DNA of 64,000 nt from the human T2T-CHM13v2.0 reference genome, Homo sapiens. The DNA lies in assembly GCF_009914755.1 (NCBI RefSeq), contig NC_060928.1; one strand, given 5' to 3'. The position numbers and the translations under genes were made by a program. Positions 1-14,020 of the stretch are shown here, in pieces (the stretch's first letter is position 1; every line of letters starts with the position of its first letter). A model generated the notes under the pieces. The model was given only the letters and a program-made list of their open reading frames with translations, was not told the DNA's origin and did no database searches.

Positions 1-283
1 CCTGCTACCATGCCCGGCTAATTTTTTGTATTTTTTAGTAGAGGCAGGGTTTCACCGTGTTATCCAGGATGGTCTCAATCTCTTGACCTCATGATCCGCC
101 CACTTCAGCCTCGCAAAGTGCTGGGATTACAGGCATGAGCCACCATGCCCGGGTAATTTTGTTCTTGTATTTTTAGTAGAGACGGATTTTCACCGTGTTA
201 GCCAGGATGGTCTCAATCTCCTGACCTTGTAATCCGCCCGCTTCGAGGTCTGGGATTACAGGCCTGAGCCACCGTGCCAGCCC
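1..283 (-). mobile_element. Alu (AluY/Sc-like), cut by window start, with two tandem left monomers
   Basis: Two successive copies of 'tttttagtagag..ggtttcaccgtgtta.ccaggatggtctcaatctc.tgacct...tgggattacaggc.tgagccacc.tgcc' (about 30-152 and about 170-283). Confidence 0.92.
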
Positions 284-2513
284 CTAAAAAGGTATTTTCT
301 AATGTATGAATTTTAAAACTATTGTGGGGTAAATATCGTGGATGTGTTTGTTGGTATCCCACATAAATTCTTGCAGATTTTTTTCTCAGAGCACACACAG
401 AAAATACTCATTTTTTTTCCATACTTGAAAATCATAAAATACATTTAGTATTCAATCAACCCTTTTGTGTGCGTTGATGCTGAGAATGGGGTTAACATAC
501 AACTTTTAGTATAGACCTATAAGTTAAGATCAATTTTAGTTCTTTTCTCTATATTCCATTGGCTGTCAAAGGGTATTCTGTGAATGGGGGTGGGATGAAG
601 TGGAAAGAGCATTCATTTTAATAGATTTGTTCCAAATGTTCTCTTTCTCAAGGTAATAAACTTCATTTTTCATATGTATACGTGAGTGTTCCAGAATTGC
701 AAAGGGGAGTAAGTCAGGTAGCTCCTGAGACTGTTTTGATATATCCACTTCTTCTTAATGCCCCTTGCCCACCGTATATCAGTGCACTGTTATTCATTTT
801 GTAGATAAATTTTATCTCACAAGGAGCTTCATTTAAATTGCAAATGAATGGGGATGTATAAGTGCAGAGGCTTGAGTTGTTTTCAAAATCAAGCAAAAAT
901 TTGTAGTCTGAACCTTTTTAGATGCAGAATAGTTACAAAAGTATTGGCTTTGATATCTAAAGGGATAAAGACATTATTTGCATATTTTCATTCCTCAAAT
1001 ATTTATGAATTCTTCAACATGGAGCAGCACAGAGTTTGGCATTTCAGCTGATCTTAGAACATTAGACCTAGTAGAGATTTAGAGGTCATTTTTTCAATAG
1101 CTTAATGTGTTTGCACAACGTGATATTTTCTGCTATTCACAAGCAGAGATTTTATCTTTTAAAACTCTACATAAAATTGATATTGTTATTAATTCTTGCA
1201 AATGGCTAAACCCTTTAACAGTTGTTTAAAAGTAACACATTTTACCTAAAAGAATAAAGAATTCAAAAATAAATAGCTTGGGTTTAAATTTTTCACCCTG
1301 TCCCTCCCTAATTATGAGAAATAACAAAAACAATTCAAACCTCTCAGTCTCAGTCTTCTCAATTGCATAATGACAATAATGGATCCTTATATAATTCAAA
1401 AAGACAGATAAAAAATGTTAGCAGTAGCTCACTGGTTTCTCTATAGACCAGGTCCACGGAGCTCTTCACTGTGTCATACCAGAAGTTTTAGTAATTCATT
1501 ATTAAAATTAGAAACCTCTAAAGTAAAAGTTGTTTACAAAGGTAAAGATATTTGGTTGCAGAACCATATTTTATTATCTATCTTCCGTGTCTGCCTTCTA
1601 CATGATACAAGGCATGTATTGTGTAAACAATCATTGTCCAAATATGACATATGGTAATTTATAAGGATGTCATTATTTTATTTTGTCCAAATAGGTTAGA
1701 AGTACAAAGAAAGTTATATATCTTAATCTGTATAATATGAATGGTATTATATCAATAATAAATTCCTTCGGTTAGAAAATAAAAATTGGAAAATTAACAT
1801 TGAAGACATTGTTGATATCAAGCAACACAGAAACTGGCCTGGATGTGTGAAACTCAAAGATAATTAACATCAGTGAGAATATATTCTTCAACTGCACTCA
1901 GTTTTACAGCATGCCAAGTGATAAGCACTAAAATATGTAAAGGACTATTTTCCTGAAATGGGCAGATGAGCATTTTTCACACTGTCTTCAGCTACCTGTT
2001 GCTGAGGCAAAGTTATGAACAATGAACAGTATTTGGGATCTCTTTTCATCCACCAATACCCACTGGAGGAAAGGAAGGTCTATATTGAAACATTGACCTC
2101 AGGAACTATTTCTTGAAAGCAGCCAGAATTTGATTGGATTTGTTTGCAGAGCAATTTGTGTCCCACAGCTTTCAACAATCAGCAAGCAATTTCTGAAGAT
2201 TATCAACTAGTTATGATCAGGTTTAAAAAAAAATCAAAGTAAGCATCCCAGGGTGACTGGGAATGTTCATACGTGCACTTGTTGAGGAGCAATTCTGGAG
2301 GCTTAACCTACAGGAGCTAGGGGCTAAAAATAGGCCTCACTAAAATAATTCAGCCAGTCACTAAAAAATAAACAAGCAACTAATAGATGGTACCTTAGAG
2401 GAATAGTGTTAAGAATTTCAACAATATGTTCTCTAAAATGTCCAAAAAAACAAAAGAAACCCCACATAAATAAAGCAAGAAACTGTGACCTGTACACCAA
2501 GAATAAAGCAGAG

Positions 2514-3260
2514 CAGTTTCTCCTTATCTTCGGGTGATATGCTCCGGGACTCCCAGTGGATTCCTGAAACTATGGACAGTACAAGCCAAATTGCTATCAG
2601 TCAAAACACGTTTCTATTCATGCCCTCCACCTACAAATGCAATGCTTTTTTCATCTTAACTAAGCACTAATTATGCCTTGTTACTGTAACTTTTGCAGTT
2701 TAACATGGGACAGCAAAATTAGAATGAATTTATTTTTCCTTCTTCACTTTAATGGGTAGAAAATTTGTTCTTACTGTAGATCTTAGCAACCTCAGCATAT
2801 ATTTTTTCTTTCCTTAAATATGGAACTTCCACCTTTTCCCTAAGGGAAACACTACACAGATTCTTTTTTGGCATATCCAAATTGCGGACATCACTACTTT
2901 TGCCCTCTGTGACCATTATTAAGTAAAATAAGGGAAATTTGTACACGAACATTGTGATACTACACTCCATCTGATAACCAAGATGCCTTCTGAGTGGACC
3001 AATGAGTGGGGAGTATATAACCATAAATAAATGGAACAAAGGAATAATTAGTGTTCTCATGTTCTGGGATGAATGACATGGGTTGCTGTGGGATAGTGTA
3101 AGATTGTATCATGTTACTTAGACCAAAACTCAATTGAACGATTATGAGTTGTTTATTTCATAAATAAACAGTAAAATTTTCTATTTGATATTTTTGGACT
3201 ACAGTTTACTATGGGTAAGTGAAACCATGGAAAGCAAAACCACAGATCAGGGGTAATTAG
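2514..3260 (+). mobile_element. MER44C/D-like non-autonomous Tigger (TcMar) DNA transposon
   Basis: Degenerate TIRs 'cagtttctccttatc' and 'gatcaggggtaattag'; internal 'cccagtggattcctgaaactatggacagtac' and 'gtgaaaccatggaaagcaaaaccacagat'; about 750 bp. Confidence 0.8.
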
Positions 3261-3373
3261 CACAGGCAACAGAAATAGCCTACCACAGTGACCATGTATC
3301 AGAATTAACACACAAAGACTTTAAAATAGCCACTGTTCAAATAGTTTTAAAAAATCATGAATAAAGAAATAAA

Positions 3374-3805
<432 letters not shown>

Positions 3806-6256
3806 TCAACAGTAGATTTGAACTGGCTGAAGAAAGAAGTAGCAAATTTAAAGATAGATTGATAGAGTTATGCAATCTAAGGAAGAAGGAGACAAAAGAA
3901 TATTTTTTTAAATAAACACAGAGTCAGAGAAATATAAGACAGCAGTGAATACACCAACATATGCATAAGGGGGTACTAGAAGAAGAGGAGAAAAAAGAGA
4001 AAATCGAAGACATAATGTCAATTTTTTGAATTTATAGAAAAACATTAATTTATATATGCAGGAAACTGAATAAATTCCAAGTAGGATTGAACACAGAGAT
4101 ACACAAAGAGACACATCATTACTAAAAATGCTGAAAGCCAAGGACAAGGAGAAATATTGCCAGCAACAAAAGAGAAACTATTCCTCATTACAAAGATTTT
4201 CAATTCTGTCAACAGCTGATTTATCAGCAGAAAGATGGAAGCCAGAGGACAGTAGGAAAATACATTTGAAATAATAAAAAAAAAAAACGCCAGGAATACA
4301 AATCCAGCATAGATAGCTTTCAAAAATGAAGTTAAAATGAAGATTATCTCAGATAAACAAAAAATGAGATTATTGTTAACAGACTTAACTACAAGAAATA
4401 TTAAAAGACAATTCTTCAGACTGCTAGAAATTGACTCCAAACAGTAATTTGAATGTATATGCAAAAACAAACTTTGCTGGTTAAAGTAATTATATAGTTA
4501 TACATATTTCTTCTCCTTTATTATCTCAGCCAATTTAAAAAGCAATCATATAAAACAGTACATAAATAATGTATTGTTGAACCTGCAAAATGTATTTGTC
4601 AATAACAGCGCAAAAGAGGTGGGGTGGAGCAAAGCTATATTCACCTAAGAAAATAACTTGAGATGGTTACCCAAAGCTACAAAACAAGTAGAGCTAACCA
4701 GAAATGATAAAATGGAAAGTTAATATAGCAATAGCTATAAAAGTATACTTGCTTTCCTTTGTTTTCCCATTTCTTTAAATGTCATAAACTCATATAAAAT
4801 AGTAATTATAACAGCGTATTGTTGAGTTTGTAACATTTAGATATGTATAGCAATAATAACACAAAAAAGAGAGACATGGAATAAAGGTATATAGGTGTAC
4901 CATGTCTATATCTCATTGGAATAAAATTTCAATAAACCTGAAGCTGATTCTGATAAATTTAGATGCATGTGTTTAGCCCTACAACAACCACAGAATAAAT
5001 AACTAAAGAAAAAAATGACTAAATCAAAATGATATCTTGGAAAATATTCACTTAGTGCAAAAGATAGTAATTGAGAATAAATAGAAGAAAAAAATGAAAT
5101 GATACATATGGGAAACAAAAGTAAAATGACAGACATTTTAGCTTCAACTATATAGATAATAATGCATGCTATTAACATGTACACAATCAAAAGGCAGAAA
5201 CTATCAGGTGTATAAAATATATGATTAAACTATATGCTTTCTACAAGAGACACACCTTAAATTCACATAGAATTACATGAAAGTATGAGGATCAAAGAAG
5301 ATGTATTATGCAATCAGCAACCATAAGAAAACTGGAGTGGCTATACTAGTATCAGACAAAATACTTATCTAAAAAGTTACTAGAGATAGAGTTACATTTT
5401 ATAATATTAAATTGTCATTCCATCAGAAAAATATAACAATTATAAATACATATGCACCTAACAACAGACCACCAAAATACAGTGAGCAAAACTGACAAAA
5501 ATGAAGAGAGAAATATACAACTCAACAGCACTAGTTGAAGATTCAATACCCCCACTTTTGGTAATAGATAAAACTAATAGGCAGAGGATCAACAAGAGAA
5601 CAGAAGACTTGAAAAGCAAACTGAACCTAACAGTCATCTACAAAACATTCCACCCAACAATAGAAAAATATACATTCTTCTCAAATCCACATGGAGCATT
5701 CTCCACAATAGGCCATATATTGTGACATAAAATGAACCTTAATAAATTTAAAAGAATAAAAAATAATGCAAAGTTTGTTCTCTTATTACAATGTAATGAA
5801 ATTATAAATCTATAACAAAAGAAATATGAGAAACTAAAAAATATGTGAAAATTAAACAACACATTCTTAAATAATGAATAAGCTGAAGAAAAATGAAAAG
5901 AGAAATTAGAAAATACTAGTAGATTAATAAAAATTATGATAATATAGTAAAATTTAAAAAGCAGAAAAATCCATGATTAAAACAAAATTTATACTTGTAA
6001 ATGCCTATTTTTAAAAAGACATATCCCAAATTAATAATTTAACTTTCCACCTGAAGATAATGGATAAAGAAAAGCAAGCTAATCATGAAGCAAACAAAAG
6101 GAAGTATTAAATTTCATGTGAAAACATGAAATAGAGAATAGAATAGAGTAAAAATAGGAAAAAATCAATAAAATTAAAGGCATTCTTTAAAAAGATCAAC
6201 AATTATCAATTTTTTCTCTATTAACTAATTTAAAAAGATAAGAATCAAATTACTAG

Positions 6257-7060
6257 TGAAATGGGAAAATTTCCCTGATCTCCCTCGCAGGGCATGCGAT
6301 GGAGGTGTGGCTCACTTCTTTGATGCCCCACAGCTCAAACCTCTAGGGGGAGCATGCAGATGGGCAAGTTGTGGGTCTCTGACCCCACGGCAGAATCTAG
6401 AGGTGAATGTTTACAGCTGAAGCTTTAGTGGGTGTGTGTTACAGTAGCCTCTTTCCATTTAGCTATCTGTAGGCGGCTTGTGTTAAGTCAGCTCAGTTAG
6501 ACCCCCTGCCTTACCCCAAGGACAGAGGGCTTTCTGTATCCCAGGGTTTCTTGCCTTGGTGTACCAGAATAATTGAATCACACGTGGGCTTGGAGAATGA
6601 GTGCAAGGTTTTATTAAATGGAAGTAGCTCTCAACAGACGGGGGAACCAGAAGTGAGACAGTGAGAAGTTGGCTTTCCACTGGAGTCAGGCCTCTCAGCC
6701 TGGGATCCCCCTCCAACTGCCCCAGACATACTCCACTTTGTTCCTTCAGTGGATGGCCTTACAGCTTGCTGGCATCTGTCGGTGTGCTCTTACAACATCT
6801 TGCCACTTGTGTCTTCTTCCACTGATGTGTTCCTCTGGATGTCCAGCTGCTTGTGTCTCTACCCACTACGGTCTTGGGGTTTTCATAAGCATAGGATAGG
6901 GCAGTGGTGGGCCAGGGTGATCTTGGAGAATGCAACGTTTAAGCATGAAAACAGAAATGCCTGTCCTCACCTAGGTCCGTGGTCACAGGCCCTAGAGTGG
7001 AGCCCTTGCCAGTGACTTGCCCTTCTCTACCCAGCACTTCCCTGCCCCCCTTCCATATCA
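6257..7060 (-). mobile_element. Solo ERV1 LTR, LTR1 family
   Basis: TG...CA termini; perfect 4-bp TSD ctag (6253-6256 and 7061-7064); minus strand begins TGATATGGAAGGGGGGCAGGGAAGTGCTGGGTAGAGAAGGGC; interrupts L1 ORF2. Confidence 0.88.
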
Positions 7061-10000
7061 CTAGTATCAAAAATGAAAGAGGGTACATTACTGTTGCTGT
7101 TTCAAAAACAAAATGGATTATAAAAGAATACTATGAAAAATAGAATGCCAACAAGCTAGATAACATAGACACAATGGAAAAATTTTTAGAAAAGAAAAAA
7201 TTGAAACTGATTTAAGAAGAATTACATTATTTGAATAGACAAGTAAAAAGACTAAATTGGTAATTTAAAAACTATTCACAAAGAGAAGACCAAACCAAGA
7301 TGGCTTAACTTCTAAATTCTAACAAACATTTAAATAATTAATAATAATCATTTGTAAACTCTTCCAGAAATAAAAGAGAAGAAAGATTCCTCAACTCTTT
7401 CTATGAGGCTAATATTATTTTGAAACAAAAAATACAGTATAACAAAAGATAACTTCAAAACAACTATCTCTTATGAATACGGGCACAAAAGTCCTCAAGA
7501 AAATGCTAGCAAATAGAATCCATCAATATATTAAAATAATTATACACCATAATCATTTGGGATTTATCCAACAGATGCAAAGTTACCGCAATATCTGAAA
7601 ATTAGTTAATTAAATATACTCTATCCACAGATAGAAAATCAATCAGATGATAATTTCAACAGATGCAGGAAAAGTATTTGACAAAATCCAATATCTTTGC
7701 ATGGTGAAAGCATTTAACAAACTGGATATAGACGGAAACTTTCTCAATCTTATAAAGAACATTTACTTACTACAGCTAAGTTATACTTAATGGTGAAAAA
7801 CTAGTTGCTTTTCTCCATCAGAAGTAAAATTAAGGTATCCACAGTTGCCACTCTTATTCAACAAACTGTTGGAGATTCTAGAGAGGGGAATTAGAAAAGA
7901 AATATAAGTAAAAGCTTCTAAATTGTAAAGGAAGAAGTAAGCTATCTATATTCACAGATGACAATAGTTTGAATATAGAAAATTCTATGGGATCCAGTAA
8001 ACATTTTTAGAAGTAATAAACAAGCTCAGCAAGTTTGCAAGATGCAAGATCAATATGCAAAAATCAATATTATTTCTACACACTAGCAATGAACAATCTG
8101 AATATGAAATTAAGAATGCAATTTTGTATATAATAGCATCAAAAATAAAATATGTATAAATAAATTTAACAAAAAAGTGCAAAACTTGTAACCTTAACCC
8201 TTAAAACTTTGTTAAATAACTTAAAGATCTAAATAAATGGAAAAACAATCCATATTCATGGACTGATTATTAGAATGACAATATTATACAAATTGATGTA
8301 TATTAATGCAAATTCTATCAGAATCCTAGCTGAATTCTTTGCAGAAATTTACAAATTCATTCTCAAATTCATATGGAAATGTAAGGGACCCAAAATACCC
8401 ATAAATAAAATCTTAAAAATGAACAAAGTTAAATCACTCACACATATCTATGTCAAAATTTCCTAGACAATAACAGTAATCCAGGCAGTTTGTACTGACA
8501 TAAGAATGAACATAAAGAACAATAGAATAGAACTGAAAGTCCAGAAACAAACTAATGTGTCTATAGTCAATTGATTTTCAATAATAGTATTGAGACCATT
8601 CATGCGGAAAAATAAATTTTTCAACAAATGGGTGTAAGACACCCAGGTGACCACATGACAAAAAATGAGTTTGCACCCTTACCTCACACCATATTAAAAC
8701 AAATAAACAAACAAAATAGATAATGGATAAAGATGTACATGTCAGAGCAAGCTAGAAAGTTTTTAGAATGATTATATGAATAATCTTTTGACCTGAAATT
8801 TAGCAATTGATTGTTAAATATCACCAAAAATCTACAAATAACCAAAGGAAAAAAAAATCAATGGGACTACATCAAAATTAGAAACTTTTGTGCTTCATAA
8901 GATATCTCAAAACTAAGATGGGGCAGGGGGTGGAGTAAGATGGCAGAATAGCAATTTTCTTCCCAGCAGGAACACCAAAATGAACAACTCTTCATGCAAA
9001 AAAAATTACCATCATAACAACAAAAAATCAGGTGAGTGATCACACTACCTGCTTTTACCATCACATTAAGGAAACAAACACTGACGAGGTTAGAAAACAC
9101 AGTCTTGATTTGCCGACATCACCCAATTCCCATCCCCCAGCAGCAGACTTGTGGCATGGAGAAAGAATCTCTGTACTTGGGGAAGGGAGAGTGTAATAAT
9201 TGCAGGACTTCACATTGGAACTCAGTGCTGCCTAACACCACAGAAAGAAACACAGGGTAGAACTTAGCTGGTTCCCACACAGGGAACATTTAGATCAGTC
9301 CTAGCCGGAGGTAAATTGTCTATTCCAGCAGTCAGAACCTGAGTTCTGTTAAGCCTACCACCATGGCTAAAGTATTCTTGGGTCCTAAATAAAGTGGAAA
9401 GGTATTCTAGGCCACAAGGACAAGTCCTGTTACTGTGCTGGGCTCGAAACCAGTGGTTTGGGGTGCACCCAACAAAATGAGACATCAGTAAGGGCAGCAA
9501 AGTGCTTGTATTACCCTTCCCCCAACCACAGGCAACACAGCTTATAGCCCTTGAAGAAACTCCTTTCCTCTGCTTGAAGAGAGGAGAGAGGAAAGTAAAT
9601 AAGACTTTTTCTTGCAACTTCAATGCCAGCTCAGCCACAGAATAGGGTACCAGAGAGAGTCCTGAAGCCTCCATTCCAGGCCCTAGTTCACAATAACATT
9701 TTTAGACACACCCTGAGTGAGAAGGGATAAAACTGCCTGGAAGGGAAAAACTCAGTCCTGGTAGACTTTACCACCTGCTGATTAAAGACCCCATGAGCCC
9801 CAAATGATCAGCTATGGAAGCCAGACAGTTGTTGCTGAGGATCTTGGGTGAGACTCAGAGCCATGCTGGCTCCAGGTGTAAACCAGCACATTCCCAGTTG
9901 TGGTGGTTATGGGGAGAGACCCATTTCTGCTTGAATAAAGGAGAGGGAAGAGTAAGGAGAATTTAATATTTCAGTTTGGGTACCAGCTTAGCCATAGTGG

Positions 10001-11652
10001 GGTAGAGGACCAAGCAAGAACCTGGGGTCCCTGATTCTAGGCCTTGGCTTTTGGAAGGCATTTATGGACTTTCCCTGGGCTAGAAGGAACTCCACTGCCC
10101 TCACGGGAGAGAAGCAGGGCTGGCAGCATTCACTGAAAGCTAAGTGAGGAGCCTTTTGGCCTTGAGTGGACATTGGCAGTAGCCAGACAGTATTCATCAC
10201 AGGCCTGGGGCAGTGACAGCCATGGGGAGAAACTCCTTTGCTTGAGGAAAGGGGAATAAAGAGTGGGAAGGACTTTGCCTTGTGGTCTGGGTGCCAGCTC
10301 AGCTCCAGTAAACTAGAGCACTTGGTAGATTGCTAAGGTTCAAAACCCCAGGCCCTGGCTTTCAGATGGCATCCCTAGGCCCAAAGGGATCCAGGGACAA
10401 CACATCACCCTGAAGGGAAAGACAAGCCTAGCTTGATTTGGCATCTGCTGATTGTCTAGCCCTTGTGCCTTGAATGAACATATGCAGTAACCAGGCAGTG
10501 GTTACTGCAAGCTTTGGGTGAGACCCATTGCTGTGCTCTCCTTGAGTCTGAACCAGCACTGTTCCAATGATAGTGGCCACAGGGGTTTGTGTGTCACCTC
10601 TCCCCTAGCTCCAGCCAGCTCAGAAGACAGATCCTTTGTTTGGGGGGAAAGTGAGGGAAGATAACAAGGGTCTCTGCCTGATAATTCAGGGAATTCTTCT
10701 GGATCTTACCCAAGACCACTAAATCAGTATCTCTATGAGTCCGCAAAAGCCATAGGAATACTGGGTTTGGAGTCGCTCTTAAAGCAGATATTGCTACAGT
10801 GACCAAAATCTTAGATCACAGCACCCAAGTTCCTTTAAATACCTGGAAAGTCATCCAAAGAAGAACAGGTACAAACAAGCCCAGACTGCAAAGACTACAA
10901 TAAATGCCTAACTCTTCAATGCTTAGACACAGATGAACATCCATAAACATCAAGATCATCTAAGAAAACAGGACTTCACCAAACAAACTAAATAAGGCAC
11001 CAGTGACCAATATCTGAGATAGAAGGCCTTTTAGACAGAGGATCCAAAATAGCTATTTTTAAGGAAACTCAATGAAATCCAAGATAATACAGAGAAGGAA
11101 TTCAGAATCCTATCAATTTACCAAAAAGATTCAAATAATCAAAAAGAATCAAGCAGAGTATCTGGAGCTGAGAAACACAATCAAGATACTGGTTAATACC
11201 TCAGAGTCTCTTAATAGCAAAAGTGATCAAGCAGAAGAAAGAAATTGTGAACTTGAAGACAAGCTTTTGAAAATATAGTCAGAGGAGACATAAGAAAAAA
11301 GAATTAAAAAATGAACATACCCACATTATCTAGGAAATAGCCTCAAAAGGGCAAATCTAAGAGTTATTGGCCTTAAAGAGGAGGTAGACAGAGTGATCTG
11401 AGTAGAAAGTTTCTTCAAAGACATAATAACTTAGAACTTCCTAAATCCAGCAAAAGGTATATATATTCAAGTACAGGAAGATTATAGAACACCCATCAGA
11501 CTTAACCCAAACAAGACTACCTCAAGACATTTTAATCAAGCTCACAAGTCAAGAATAAAGAAATGATTCTGAACGCAGCAGAAGAAAAGAAACAAATAAT
11601 ATACAAAGCAACTACAAAATGTCTGGCAGTAGACTTCTCAGTAAAAAACTTA

Positions 11653-11961
11653 TGTATTAGTCCATTTTCACACTGCTATAAAGATACTACCAAAGACTGG
11701 ATAATTTATAAACAGAAGAGGTTTAATGGACTCACAGTTCCACATGGCTGGGGAGGGCTCAGGAAATTTACAATCGTGGCGGAAGGTAAAGAAGAAGCAA
11801 GGCACATCTTACATGGCAGAAGGAGAGAGAAAAAGTGAGGATGTGCTACACTTAAAACCATCAGCTCTCAAGAGAACTCCCTCTCTATCACGGAACAGCA
11901 TGAGGGAAATCACCTCCATGATCCAATCACCTTCTACCAGGTCACTCCCTCGACGTGGGAG
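11653..11961 (-). mobile_element. THE1D-like MaLR LTR, truncated at one end
   Basis: 'tgtattagtccattttcacactgctataaag...gactcacagttccacatggctgggg...atgatccaatcacct...ctcgacgtggg'; the terminal ~50 bp are missing. Confidence 0.9.
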
Positions 11962-13952
11962 AATGAAGGACAAAAACCATATAATAATTTTAACTGATGC
12001 TGAAAAAAGCATTTGATAAAATTCAACCTCCCTTTATGACAAAAACTCTCAAAAAGATGGGTATGGAAAGAACATAACTCAACACAATAAAAGTCACATA
12101 TGATAGACCCACAGTTAGTTTCATACTGAATGCGAAAATACTGAAATCCTTTCTCCTTAGATCTTAAGATCTGACACAAGACAAGCATACTTATTTTCAC
12201 CACAGTCATTCAACATAATACTGGAAGTCTTAGCTAGAGCAATCAGACAAGAGGAAGAAAAAAAGGGCATCTAAATTGGAAAAGAAGAAGCCAAATTATC
12301 CCTGTTTGCAGATTATATAGTCTTATATTTGGAAAAACCTAAAAACTCCACCAAAAAAAAAAATGATTATAACCGATAAACCAATTCATTAAAGTTGCTG
12401 GGAACAAAATCAACTGCGAAAATCAGTAGAATTTCTATATGCCAACCACAGATTATCAGAAAAAGGAATCCAGAAAGTAATTGCATTTACAATAGCTAAA
12501 GATAAATTGAAATACCAATGAATAAATTTAACCAAAGAAGTAAAAGATCTAGACAACGTAAACTATAAAACATTGATGCAGGAAATTGAAGAATACACAA
12601 ATAAGTGTAATGATAGTCTACATTTATGAATTGGAAGAGTCTATATTTGTTAATTATTCATATTGCCCAAAGCAATCTACAAATTCAATGCAATTCCAAA
12701 CAAAATATGCATGATATTCTTTAGAGAAATAGAAAAATAATACTAAAATTGATATGGAACCGCAAAAGCCTGAGAATAGACAAAACTATCCTGAGCAAAA
12801 ATAACAAAACCAGAGGAATCCCATTTCTTGACTTCAAATTGTACTGCAGAGCTCTAGTAAACTAAACAACATGGTACTAGCATAAAAACAAACACATAGG
12901 CCAATGAAACAGAATAGAGAACCCAGAAATAAATTCACACATCTGCAATGAACTTTTTTCTGACAAAGATGCCAAGAACATACATTGTGGAAAGTACAGT
13001 CTCTCTAATAAATGATGCTGGGAAAACTGAATGCCCATATATAGAATAATGAAACTAAACCCATATCTCTCCCCAGATAAAATCAAATCAAAAATAATAA
13101 AAAAATCAAATCAAAATTAATTAAAGTCTTAAGTCTGAGACCTCAAACTATGAAACTACTAAAAGTAAACATTGTGGAAACTTCCCAGAACATTGAACTG
13201 GGCAAAGATTTCTTGAGTAATACCTCACAAGTACAGACGACCAAAGCTAACATGAACAAATAGAATCAAATCAAGTTAAAAAGCTTATGCACAGCAAATT
13301 AAACAATCAACAAAGTGAAGAGACAACCCACAGAATGGGAGAAATTATTTGCAAACCGTCTGTCTGTCAAGGGATTAATAATAAGAATAATAACTCAAAT
13401 AACTCAATAAGAAAAAATCTAATAATCAGATTAAAACATGGGGAAAAGATCTGAAAAGACATTTCTCAAAGGAAGATATACAAATACCAAAAAAGTATAT
13501 GAAAAGGTGTTCAACATCATTGATTATCAGAGAAATGCAAATCAAAACTATAAGGTATCATTTCACCCCAATTAGAATAGCTTTTATTCAAAAGATAGGC
13601 AATAATAAATTTTGGCAAGAATGTGAAGAAAAGGAAACCCTTGTACACTGTTGATGGGAATGTAAATTAGCATAACCCCTATGGGTAACAGTTTGGAGGT
13701 TCCTCAAAAAACTAAAAATATAATTGCCATATGATACAGGAATCCCACTGCTAGGTATATACCCAAAAGAAAAATCAATATATTGAAGAGGTACCTGCAC
13801 TCCCATGTTTATTGCAGGACTATTCACCACAGCCAAGATTTGGAAGCAACCTAAGTGTGTCTACCCACAGATGAATTAATAAAGTAAAGGTGGTACATAT
13901 ACACAATGGTGTACTATTCAGCCGTAAAACAGAATGAGATCCTGTCATTTGC

Positions 13953-14020
13953 AACTACATAGAACTTAAGGTCATTATGTTAAGTGAACTACATAGAACT
14001 TAAGGTCATTATGTTAAGTG
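13953..14020. repeat. Perfect 34-bp tandem duplication
   Basis: aactacatagaacttaaggtcattatgttaagtg x2. Confidence 0.97.

Noticed and set aside
5501-8466. ORFs with L1 endonuclease/RT similarity as functional CDS
   Set aside because: Short fragments between many stops and frameshifts of a dead L1
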